A DNA stretch of 64,000 bases from Anthoceros angustus (lineage: Eukaryota; Plantae; Anthocerotophyta). The notes beneath the pieces were generated by a model. It was not told where the DNA came from, did no database searches, and saw only the letters and a program-made list of their open reading frames with translations. The stretch's first letter is position 1. Each line of letters begins with the position of its first letter. Shown in pieces: positions 42,730-54,304 of the stretch. The stretch lies in the NCBI GenBank assembly GCA_010909165.1, contig MU008160.1, positions 1,550,001 through 1,614,000 of the forward strand. The letters run 5' to 3'. The translations under genes were made by a program, and so were the position numbers.

Positions 42730-43143
42730 CAGGGTGTCATTTTGACCGAGTACTGGCTCAGTCCTCGGGACCGCCTAGCCTGGCTACGCTCGGTCCCGGA
42801 CCGAGCAGGGACCGTGCCTTTTTGTGACCCTTGGTCACTAAATATAATAAATATTAAATAAATAATTTATAAATAATAATATAAAAATAAAAATATCTAG
42901 TAAAATTCTTTATGACCATATTAATTATAAGATGGGTCCATGTATTTATAATAAATATAAATCCTTGGATATAAAATTAAATAATTTATTAATTTTAAAT
43001 AGGACCTTTATGAACCCTCGGTCCCTATCTTTTCGGGGACCGAGGGTGGGGACCGGACTCCTGAAGAACCTCCGGTCCCATGGTTTTTTTAACACATGCC
43101 GGGACCGGGACCGAGCTTGGGACGGGGTCAAAATGACACCCTG
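42730..43143. mobile_element. Non-autonomous hAT element (MITE), 414 bp
   Basis: Perfect 18-bp TIRs CAGGGTGTCATTTTGACC (42730-42747; reverse complement at 43126-43143). Perfect 8-bp TSD TTGTAGAG (42722-42729 and 43144-43151). Subterminal GGACCG/CGGTCC repeats and an AT-rich core. Confidence 0.95.
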
Positions 43144-43149
43144 TTGTAG

Positions 43150-44750
43150 AGCACAAGCTGGTTGCGACCCTACTCAGATGCAAGCGTGACCACCTACGAT
43201 GACGATGTTGGAACGGGCTTGCAGCCCTGTTTTGAATCCTTCCGAGAGCACTCTAGATCGGTTCTTGGAGACCGTGGACAACCATCTAGAGCCCGATGGC
43301 ATGGACTCGCCCTTCACAGCCACCAACAGATAATTTAGCCATCACCACTGAAAGCAGTCCTATACCGCCTTGGACGACGACGCTGCTCAGCAACCTTCCT
43401 ACACTAATTCCTTCCTGGCGGAGTGTCATATCGACTTCAACAAAGAGCTCACCTTCTCCACCAACGAGCATCCTAACGGCAAGATCTTCCAAGCATACGA
43501 GGGAAGCACGGCCTCTACACCTTCGCGGAGGAGGACACGAGCAAGCCACCCAGTAATGGACTTATTTTGCCTCCTCCACAGCAAATGCAGCTTTGAGAGA
43601 GGTTTTGGTGCATCTATAGGTGCTCATGGGACCACATCAGCAGGTTCAGCAGTCGATCGGGCCTATGCGCCCCCATTACGAACACCTGGTCTCCGCCCAA
43701 GTTCTTTTTTTTGCCAGTATTCTACACTTAGATGCCTCATCTTCAAGATTCCTTCGTCTTATATGGGCCACATCATCGTATGACAGGCTGTACGCAGCAT
43801 AAATCTTTTTGTCTCGCAACTTGGGCTTTGGTGTTCGGATGTTGTTATCTAGGTTTTTTCCTGTCATTTAGGATTATTCTGACACACATACACATGTTTA
43901 TGTTCGCCTGGAACACACATGCACATGTCTCGCCCCCGCGCAAAGTCCCTGGATGTTCGCTCTCGTTCGGGTTGCAGCATTGTTGAGTGCACTAGGGTTG
44001 CATCCCTCCGAGCATTGCAGCCATGGCGAACTGAAACATGTAGGGCGCTGTTGTGGGTTGTGCAGCAACTGTACATCGCAAGGGACAATGCGTATGCAAA
44101 GGGCTTAGAGGACATGGACTTCCTCCCGGATATGTATCAACGGCACATGGTATTGGCGACACTCTGCAAGGAGTACATGAGTAGACGGGAGGTATCACCT
44201 AAATACCTCCAGCGGTGGACGAAGGCTGAAGCCACATTGTGGACGTGGACAGCGATCACCTTGCTCCGGGCTGTGGTGCACTAGGCGTGAGGAACTTGTA
44301 GACCAGCTTTGAGGCTCTTCCAGGATTGAGCAGGGTGTAGGATGTAGAGAAGTCTTTCGTGTGCTCCCACCATGAGGTGGGAGCGTAGACCGTGTGGAAT
44401 TTTCATTTGTGTCGAATTGAGGCATAAGCCTAGTGGTGGCTTTTTCTTTTTGGTCAGATGTGTGATCTTCCTCCTTGAAGTAATCCTCCCAATCGCAGCA
44501 TCATGAAGATGACATGGAGCGGGCATGCCGACTTTGCAGTCACGCAAGGCCTAGATGGCTGCTCCATGCCATTTGCCAAAGAGGCCCTGGTGAAGGTTCG
44601 CTGACAACATACTCAAGGTATGCGTAAGGCCATTTCGCTGATGTTCCATACTCTATGGCTGAGGTTGAGGTTCACGAAGGTTAGCCAGATGAGTGCTTGC
44701 GAGGACGTGCAAGAGCCAATGCTTCGACAACCCTAAGAAGGAAAATCATG
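43150..44750 (+). mobile_element. Possible decayed MULE/FAR1-SWIM transposase relic
   Basis: Fragmented ORFs ending ...HMVLATLCKEYMSRREVSPKYLQRWTKAEA, which resembles the post-SWIM Y..KRWTK motif. There are many stops and no TIRs were found. Confidence 0.35.
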
Positions 44751-46905
44751 TGCATCGCACGCAAAAAGATTCTTGACACACCTTCTAACGACATCGGTAC
44801 ACAGGGACAGGCCCCCAGCTGATGTCGTCAAGTGTGTAACCTAAAAATTTTACGGCGGGAAAACTTCTTATGTTACCATCGATAAAAACCCTTGGTGTGA
44901 GACTCCTTTCAGAACATCCATGTTCGGTGTAAAGCGTTGAATAAAAGATATATTGAATTTTCATTCACTAAAAGTAATTGAATACATAATACTGAAAGCA
45001 AGCCTCACATATTTCAAATACAGAAATATTCAATACTGAATACCAAAGGCAGGTCTCGCACACTTATTACTGAATACCGAAAGCAGGTCTTGCACCCTTA
45101 TTAAAGTCTCGCACATGGAACCTACGCCCTCCTTACTGTAAGTGTATATATATGTGAGTATTCTACGATAATACCAAACGATTCGGACATCGAGAAGGGA
45201 GTACGGAATATGTATTTTCGTATTTTCTATCGTATTGCTGAGATGTTGGGAAGTCCTCATATGTTACTCCATGATGTGAGTGTGAGTTGGAAGGTGCCAG
45301 AGTACTTAAAAATATTTTTACTAATAAAAAACTTTATTATGAAAAAGAGATGGGAAACCATCTATCGAGAAGGGGAACAACTCTTATGAGGGCACTAGAC
45401 CATGGGACTAACCCCCATTGTCGCCAATCTTGTAACTGCCTACAGCACCAAGGATATGAAAAGAGTAGTTGAAAATAGATGGATGGATGGTACTTGAAAA
45501 TAGATGGATGGATGCTGGGTGCAGTGAGGTACGGCTTTACAAATGGGCTTACAATTGGATTTGCAAGCTTCCACAATTGGGCTGAAGCAAGGAGCTTGCT
45601 AGTCGGGAAGGAAATTTGGCATGGTGGTTGAGGTGAGGAATAGTGGAAGGGTGGAGGATAAGTGCGCCAAGTCTTCAATATCTGCACTCCTATAGGGGTG
45701 GTGGGTTATCCATGTGTGGGGTAGGCCTGCATGGCGAGAATAGATGGGAAGAGTGGTGCCTGATTCGTCGGCAGATGCACCACGAACTGGGCTGAAGGGC
45801 AGGAAGGAAGATCTGAAGGGATCTGGTCTTTCGTCACTGCCTGTCGGAAGTGCAGAGGAGGAGGAACAGCATTGTAACTGAGAACTTGTGAGTATGTGCA
45901 TGTGGTGCACGTCCAGGCATCGTTCGGACTTCCTACTTTGGCACTCGCCCACAGAATATTAGACACGGGAGACAGGCCCCACAGGCGCCACATCGGAGAC
46001 CCAACTAGGAGCATAGCAGCCGAGATGCTTTCCCTCCTCGAAAGTGAGGCAGGAAAGCAACACGGTGCGTGCGGGTGGGCATGCCGATACAGAGCTCCCA
46101 CTCTTCAAGGTCACTAGGGACTGATGCAACGAGGGCTGTCTGTGAGAAGATACCGCAAGCTGTGACCAGCCGGAACTGGATGTATCTTGTGTGGGAAGCT
46201 TCGTTCCTTGTGCTCTGCAATGAACTAGCGGCTCCATCCTTGATCCGGGGGCTGGGTGTTGTTGGCCTAACCGTCACGGCTCCTGCGCAGGTGTAGACTT
46301 GGCTGTTTTGGGATCTGGAAACAATCCTAGGGCAGCTGTTTGTGGCACTCGTGTGCTGCTTATTCCTGTGCACGCAAGGATCACCGAGGAACAAGCACAA
46401 GAGAAGATATTTGAAACATCGCCTTATGCTCTCAATCACGTCACTCGGTGAAAATGATGAAGACGATGAGACCTGCACTCTGGATGTTTAGACAAGTCTG
46501 GATGGGCTGGCCTTAATCTGTGCAGAACACCAGGTGCCGGCCAACTGCAGGTATTTAAGGACATGTTACTTGTCTACAGTGCTGAGAAGAACACAACCGT
46601 CATTTGCGTAAGTAATCATCGAGTTGCTGGAGTTGAGAGCAGCCATTCATCCCGCCATCACCTGTCGAGCTGGAAAATAATGATGGGCTGCTCACAATCG
46701 TTGGCTTGCCCACGAGATGCTCCTTGCTTTGCTTTCTCCAGTGGCTTCCGAGGCGGTGACAGAAACCCGAAATGCTCAGAGAGAGCCATGGGACCATAGA
46801 CCGATGAGCCCTTACCAAATGCCCAGGCACATCGTTTGAGGAGCCTGATTGCCAGTAGCTGGGCAGGGGCCAACCCAAAAAGGCTGTAGACGCACCAACA
46901 AGGAA

Positions 46906-49548
46906 TCAACGGTGTACTCTTGCCAGTTGCCCGTAGTGCGTGCGCTCGTGCCGAGTGAGATCCACCTTGTAGCCGAAATCCCGGCCACAGTCTGGATACC
47001 TGCACACCATGGTACGTTACGGAATGGTGGTTAGACAGGATTGATGGAGTGAAGGGGAAAGAAGCCCCACCAGGGGCAAGAGAGCTAGTTGCCTTCGGGT
47101 CTCTGGATACATAATGCTACTGCTACGGCAGAAGGTGGGGGGAGGGCTGGTACTCACAAGCATTTGAAAGGTTTTTCCCCAGTGTGCGTTCTGAGGTGAC
47201 CATTCAAAGAATTCAACCACTTGAACGTCTTCCCACACCCTTCGTAGGGACATGAGAGGGGCCTATCGCTCTCGTGTGTCTTTTGGTGAGCCACCTGATC
47301 GAGGACAGATATGAGCAACGACCCACAACTGCCTTTCATGAACAGCTTTGTTGTTTCTGCAACTAGGAGAGTCTCACCAGTCTTTCTCGAAAAGCGAAAC
47401 GCTTGGAGCACCCGTCGACAGGGCAGAGGAAAGCACACTGATGCATCTTCATATGCCGGCAGAGAAACTGCCTTCGGGCAAAGCTACTCGAGCAGCCTTC
47501 AAAGGTGCAGACGTAGGGCCGATCACCACTGTCCACAGTGACCTGGAATGTCAACGACGGCGCAGTGCTGGAGAATCACACACAGGAATGCATAGGGTGG
47601 AGGGGAAGTAAGTACCTGTGCTCATTCATGTGATCACGCAGCATTCCTGGTGTGGGAAAACGACGACCACATCCGGCTTCCAGGCAAATGTGCTGTTTCT
47701 CTATGAGCACCAGCATCTGCTTTGTCTCCTCCAGCATCTGGGAACAATTGAGATTAGCAGGCTGTTTTCCGCAACTGGAAAGAGTGGACAACTGATATTC
47801 AGAAGACCAACTTGAGAGCTAGGACACAACCTTCACTTAGGAAGGTGCACGTTCGACCCATACACCAAGCCTTTCAATCTATGGTTACAGAGGCTTGTAA
47901 CCATGATTGTTATCATGATCTGAGCGTGTAAGTGGATCAGACGATGCCTCACATTCAGACGGAGAAAGATCCTTGGTTATTGCAAACATCACCCGACAAG
48001 AAGAGGAGGATGCATGGAGCTACATCCAGAGGGCTGCCAAGCAAATGGATATTTGACTTGGGCAACCCACTAGACATTCACATAGCAACAGATCCTCATA
48101 GATACGAAGGAGTAACACCTTCTCCATCTGCGCCATGGTCAACTCCTCCCACGACGTTTCCAGTAGAGAGGTGGTAAGCTGTAAACCTGGAAACGATTCT
48201 GCAAGACATCTGTAGGCCAGGGCCAGTTCCCGTGTCTCTGTTCCTTTCAGCTGGTCAAATCTGAAGGCTCACCACAAAAAGCAGGCAGATATTAGACAGG
48301 GATTCTCCGAGACACTAAGGTACTTGTCAGAGACGTCTCAGAGACGAATAAACCTTTTCACTGCTTCCAAAACAACCAGGCAATTGGGAGTGTCCGCCTT
48401 TGCAGCATGCAGCTAGCTTCCATGCTCCACAGCTGCAGAGGGACATAACTGGAACTTGGTAAACACGTACCTCAATCGTTTCCACTTCGTAAGAGCGGGC
48501 TTCCGCACAGGTACTTGTTTCGATCGCAGCATACCGGCAGCGATGGTCGTGTTCACAAACTTCTCCAAGCTTCCATTATGTTGCTCGGTTACAAGTTTCA
48601 TCAAATTCTGGTGAGCTGCAGCAATTGTGAAGGCCTGGGTTAGAGGGTCAGAGGCAGAAAGACCGGTGAGCAAGCCCATGATCCGTCACAGTCTGCCCAC
48701 CTAACGTAGAAGCATCACCTGCCACATCTAAACGGATATGAACTTGCTTCATTCTCTTTTCCCTTTTCGTCTGTGCATCCAGCTGTGCGGGGGACGAAGG
48801 AGTCGCAGGCCGCGTTCCACCGTCTGAGGAGGTTTCAGGGGCCCGCTGGACATGCAATGAACCCGATGGACTCCCAAAACCAACAAGGCAGCTTTCTCTG
48901 GAAGGGCCAATCATTTCAAACACCCAAATCGAAGATTGTAAATACCTTGTCTCCATTCGCCACATGCATAGACAACTCCCCACCGTCCACCACCAAATCA
49001 TGTCCTTCATCGTCGTAGTCCGTCCCAGGGGATGCACTCTCAGCTCCTTGACAGTAGAAAAACCTGCCATCGTCCTCCCCACCCCTTCCCGCAAAATGCT
49101 CATGAGATTGAACATGCTCCTGCTCCCCTACAATATGACCGTTCCCCGACGGCAGCAGCTCAGCTTGAGCAAACGGTTGAGGCTGTGGGTGGAAGAGATG
49201 GATATCCGGTTGCACCTGGTAGAGCTCCATATGGGGGTCCTGCGATTGGAACTCATCCACCAGCTGCACCAAATCCCCGCTGTGAAAGCATTGGCCAGCC
49301 TGCACTGCGGGCTCCTCCTGACAGTGCAGGCTTCCGCCATGTCGACCATCCAGGTGTACCTGCATCTGCTCCTGCATCCCGCCCAGCTGGTGGAAGTGGC
49401 TCATCCCAAGCTCCTGCTGTAAACCCATCGCTGGGACACCAAAGCCCAGCTCAAGACCCCTGTTTGCCATCAAATTGGAATGAGGCTCTGAGCAGGGCCC
49501 AGCAAGCCCTGCCTCCCCTCGCTCAGAAACTATGCAGAACTCTCCCAT
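46906..49548 (-). CDS. C2H2 zinc-finger protein with five tandem C-terminal fingers and Kruppel-type linkers, multi-exon
   Basis: Fingers: [28 protein letters not shown]; [23 protein letters not shown]; [28 protein letters not shown]; [28 protein letters not shown]; [23 protein letters not shown]. Splice junctions were checked for the finger exons. The N-terminus is Q/H/E-rich; the middle exons are tentative. Confidence 0.85.
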
Positions 49549-49947
49549 CTCAGACAGCAACAACGCTCCTCATCTTGCGCCCAACTCGCATTTCGCAATG
49601 CCTGCAGCAATTCTCTGGATTTCGCACAGTCCATCTCTCAGGCTCGTTCCAATCCTCTCGCCGCCATCGCTGCCGGCTGCAGCGGAAGGCGGCAAACTGA
49701 CGCCAAATTGACCCCTTCTGTTTGAATAAGATATCTCATTAGCGTTTCGGATATTGGATGACATGGATGTCAGTCCTTCCCGACGGCCGCGTTTTCAAGT
49801 AGCCGTGCGGAGTAAAGAAGGAGAAGGGAGTCCTCGTCGTTCTCGTGGTGATCCAGGCGATGGACATGGCGATGGTCTCGGCCTTGGCCTGGGCTTGTTG
49901 CTGATGCACTTTGCAGATGTCGCAGAGAAAGGAATGCAACACGAAAT

Positions 49948-51607
49948 ATGTCCAGGTCGAGGGGATGGTGGCAGCTGCTGCTACTAGGGCTCATCAGCGG
50001 GGCCTTTCTGGCTGCTGTGGTTCTTCAGGATCTGGGATCCGCAGTCTTAGAGGAAGGTCGCCTTGCAGGCAGCAGTGGCACATTCTTCTCGACTTCAAGG
50101 CGGCCGAACCACAACAGCGATGCGGGAGGTGAAGATGAAGGGAGGAAGGAGGAGGGCAATACAGGAACCAGACGTAATGAGCAGGAAGGGAACAGGAGGA
50201 AGAAATCTTCGGCACAGCTGCGGATTGAGCAGCAGGCTGCTGAAGTGCTGTCTTCCAACTCAAGACCAGAGCTTCAGACTAGTGCTACCTTGTACTATGA
50301 CTGGGAGGTCTTCGAACGACAATACGAGAATATGCTGCCCCGGCTCAAGATCTTCGTCTACCCTGATGCACTTGACAGCACCGGCCCGTTCTCACAGGTG
50401 TTCACGCCGCACCCGAATCCCTACGACAAGAAGCTGGGCAACTACTTCAGCGAGCACATGTTCAAGATACTGCTTCTCAACAGCAGCTTCGTCACCGCCG
50501 ACCCGGCTGAAGCCAGCCTTTTCTTCCTCCCGTTCTCCATCAACGTGCTGCGCAACGATGCGCGGGTGAGATCGGAGTCTGCCATAGCAACGTTTGTGGC
50601 CGACTATGTTGCCAGAGTGAAGGAAGAGTACGGCTTCTGGAACCGATCTCAAGGTGCTGACCACTTCTATGTATGCTGCCACTCCGTGTGCCGCGACGCC
50701 ATGGCTCAAGCTCCAGCTCTCCGTCAGAACGCCATTCAGGTCACATGCTCCTCCAACATTTATCACAAGCACTACATAGCTCACAAAGATGTGTCCCTGC
50801 CGCAAGTCTGGCCTAGGGCGCCCGAGCTCAGTCCGGCTCCATCTTTCCTAAGGTATGTATGCACACCTTGGATTTCCTACTTGTTGTTTCTTGGACGTAC
50901 CAAACATGCTCGGATACCGGTCAAGCTATCCAGCACTGATTCTCCACTGGGATGGGGGCTGGCCCTCCGGTAACCTGCTCACAGGGCATCCTGGTTTCGC
51001 TCGTGAGAAACCTCCAGGATGAGGAATCTCCATATCTATCCTACGTCTACTAAGCTTTGCGATGCCCTCGGTGTTGTTGATTTTGCGCAGGACAAGGTTA
51101 GCATTCTTTGCAGGCAGGCAACAAAACAGTGTCGTCCGAAAGAACTTGCTAGACCTTTGGGGCAACGACACAGACATGGATATCTACAGTGGTGCTGCAA
51201 AGGGGCTTTCGTACGAGGATCACCTTCGCAGAAGCAAGTTCTGCCTGCACGTCCGCGGCTATGAGGTGAACACAGCACGGCTGTCCGACGCGATTCACTT
51301 TGGCTGCGTGCCGGTTGTGTTGAGTAATCACTACGACCTGCCACTCGTGAACGTAATCGACTGGTCACAGGCGGCAGTCATATTGAATCATCGGGATCTC
51401 CACTTACTGAAGGGCATCCTCTCCACTATCGGTGACATACAATATAAGCGTTTAGCTACCAACGTCCTAAGGGTGCAGAAGCACTTCTTGTGGCACCCAA
51501 ACCCTAGGCCGTACGACGCCTTTCACATGACGCTTTATCAACTATGGTTAAGGAAGCCTTTAGATTGGAAGGAATGGCCTCCCGACCAGTTAGCTAGAAG
51601 GACATGA
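49948..51607 (+). CDS. Exostosin-family glycosyltransferase (GT47), two exons
   Basis: Exons 49948-50852 and 51091-51607. Signal anchor WWQLLLLGLISGAFLAAVVL; LKIFVYP, ADPAEASLFFLPFS, GADHFYVCCH, SKFCLHVRGYEVNTARLSDAIHFGCVPV, YDAFHMTLYQLW. Confidence 0.95.
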
Positions 51608-51690
51608 CGTCAAAGAATGAGTTGGCTGGAAGGCTTTTGTCGATGGCCATCCAGCAGTGCAGAAAGAATGGTTTGGATGTCAGACGAGTA

Positions 51691-54304
51691 TCAATCGCAG
51701 CAGCTTGCATCTCCGTGAATCAAGTTCCTCCACAAACACATCATGAGCCGAGGCGTTTGGTAGTGGGCGCTGTAGTAGTCAGGAACACAACCTGCCTGGC
51801 AGAACCTTTTCTCGTCTCTTATCTCTACTTTTTTCTGCTGATGAAACTCCGCGACCCACATGCCCATGGCTACGTCCTCCATTTTGAACAGCTGCATTAC
51901 AAGGGAAATTAAGTACTGACCACGACGGCCGAAGTGTGAAGGAGAGGCAAGAAGCATAAGAAGTTACCGTAAGGTTGCCCTCAGATTGTTGCTTTACTGT
52001 ATAGTGTGCGATGTCAGAGGATATTATATATCCCGGCCCGTTAGCGTATGGCGGATAGACGTCTCCAGACCATTCCTGTAACACGTCTCAACGTCAGCAA
52101 GGAAAGGGGGAATGCTTCGGAATCTGGATACTTCAAAGCAATGCTGTTGCACGTCGCGTACCTCGTATGTAACTGCCCATTTGCCACCTCGAAGGACTTC
52201 GTGGTAGTAGTTCATGCTCCCAATGTACACACTTTTGCCGGGAGGTACATTTCTCACCAGGCTTAGGATGGCTTCGACCTGTATGAATGTGTCGTCATCA
52301 CATTTCATGATGTACTGGGCCAGAAAATTTTCCACCTGAAAGAAGGTGACCATCAGTATTAATCCACAAGACGTACAAGCTTATCAGTAAGGAATCACAA
52401 GCACATCCTAGTATTATCACATGCGGTTAGTATTATCAAGTAATACTAACCGCATGTTCGCAAATGGCGTAAGTCTTCAGCACCACCAGCGGATAGCTAT
52501 CCATAAAGGGCACAATGACAATGTCGCCGTAAAAATTTGCTTCCTTTACAAGTTGGGCATTGGTAACTTGATCTGCATCCTGCAACACCCAGAGATATCA
52601 GAGTCTGGAACCCTGCAACTAGGGGAACACTGCAGCAGCGCCCAACAGGAATCCTGCTCACCAAACTAACAAAAAACCGAGCAACCACTGAAGAATCTTG
52701 TACAGATTTTGACTGCATCCATGTTTTGCGAACCGCCATCCTTTCAATGAAGTGGTCACTGCGAGACATAACGCCGATGAACAGTTCGGTAGGTCCTTCC
52801 GAAACTTGGGGCGCCTTATACTTAGCAGACCACTCTTCGAGGAGCTGCAAGGATGAAAACGTGGGGTACGAGGTAGGCAAGTCTACAACGGATACTGAAT
52901 CAATATCGATGTCCCCACCCACAGAAAGTCCTGTTGCCTCTTCCACAACAAAACTCTGCAGAAAACACACGAGCCTCAGAATGGGATTGTCACCTACAGT
53001 CGCAAAGGACACGAAAAGATATAGGTTGCCACTTTCTTACGGGGCGGTAAGGAACAGAGGAAATATGCCGCCCATTCACCATCACATGGTACCCCTGATA
53101 TCCAGCCCTGAGGGTAAGCGAAAAATCTCGATTCTCAATGAAAGGAAACTTCCATTCTGCTGGTGTCTTGGTCCCCCGAATCCACTCAGGCCACGAGGAA
53201 ATCTTCTCTTCAGACAGACTGACCTGATCGTCAGCCCATGGTTCACAAGTGAGGTACCCTTCCACTGCACACAGAAAGCCATCTTCCTCTCATCTCCTGT
53301 AACCCACAGAACAGAGAAGCATGTCCGCACCCTCCAGAGCAAGCTCACAAACAGCATGCTGCAATACCTCTCGGCTCGCTGTCCTCAGAAGAGGCTGTTC
53401 CATCACACCGCTGGGCATTCCCCCACTGCCCACGGTAGCAAGAGTTATGCTCAATAACAGGCTTCTGACTCCAGTCACCCCTCACACGCGGGTTCAAGTG
53501 CAAGATCCTTGGAACCTCCTCATCATTATGTGCCAACCCTAACCCAAGCAGGTCCACAAAAAACTGAGAAATAGGAACGCTCTTCTCATCCTTCCTCCCA
53601 ATAGTCGACGAGTGCTCGACATGAGCTTCTCGAGGCCTCCCCTCAATAGTGATGGCCGACCCAAAAATAAGCCCGCAAGGCAGCAGCATCGTGTTCCCCG
53701 CCTGCCCAAGTTCCCACCCAGACATCTTTCGACTCGGTAGACAAACCTCCTTCTCACTCGGCAGAGGCTCCCGTGCTTCCCCAAAGCCCCCATCATTCGC
53801 CAACAGCTGCTGCAATTCCTCCCACTTCTTCGCACCCGCAGCAAACGCAGCCTTCGCCTGCTCCTCCAAACCCCGATACGAATCCCGGTTATCCTTAGCT
53901 AACGACACTGACTGAGGCATGCCTACTTCAGCCTTCCTCCTACGCCTCGTCCTCGGAGGCCTACCCGGATGCACCACATACCGATTCTCAAACGTTTTCA
54001 CCACCTTCACCGTGGCACCCCCAGGAGACACCTCCCCACTCCCACTCCCTCCTACCAAGGCCTCATCATCATCTAGCCTCAGTGGCTCCACCACCTCCAA
54101 AGTCACATCCAAAGGATAAAGATCCCTCCTCAAAGAAACCGGGCTCGGCTGAAACAAATGCTGAAACTGATACACCAGCATGCATAGCAAGACAAGAAAA
54201 AACACAACTCCAGCCCTCTGCCGTGCCACTCTCCAACTCCTGACCGAGTGTCCCCTGTCCCTCCTCGTCACCCTCCCCCCTAAAAGCCCTAAAAACCTAC
54301 CCAT
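51691..54304 (-). CDS. GT31 hydroxyproline O-galactosyltransferase (GALT2-6 type; galectin plus galactosyltransferase domains), multi-exon
   Basis: TM anchor; [41 protein letters not shown] (galectin); [63 protein letters not shown]...[13 protein letters not shown]...CCD*. The ATG may be 54304 or 54325. Confidence 0.94.

Noticed and set aside
45400-46880. Several 70-157 aa ORFs downstream of the zinc-finger gene
   Set aside because: No consistent splice model or recognisable domain; probably 3' UTR or intergenic.
48964-49700. Plus-strand ORFs of 152 and 222 aa
   Set aside because: Antisense to the first exon of the zinc-finger gene.
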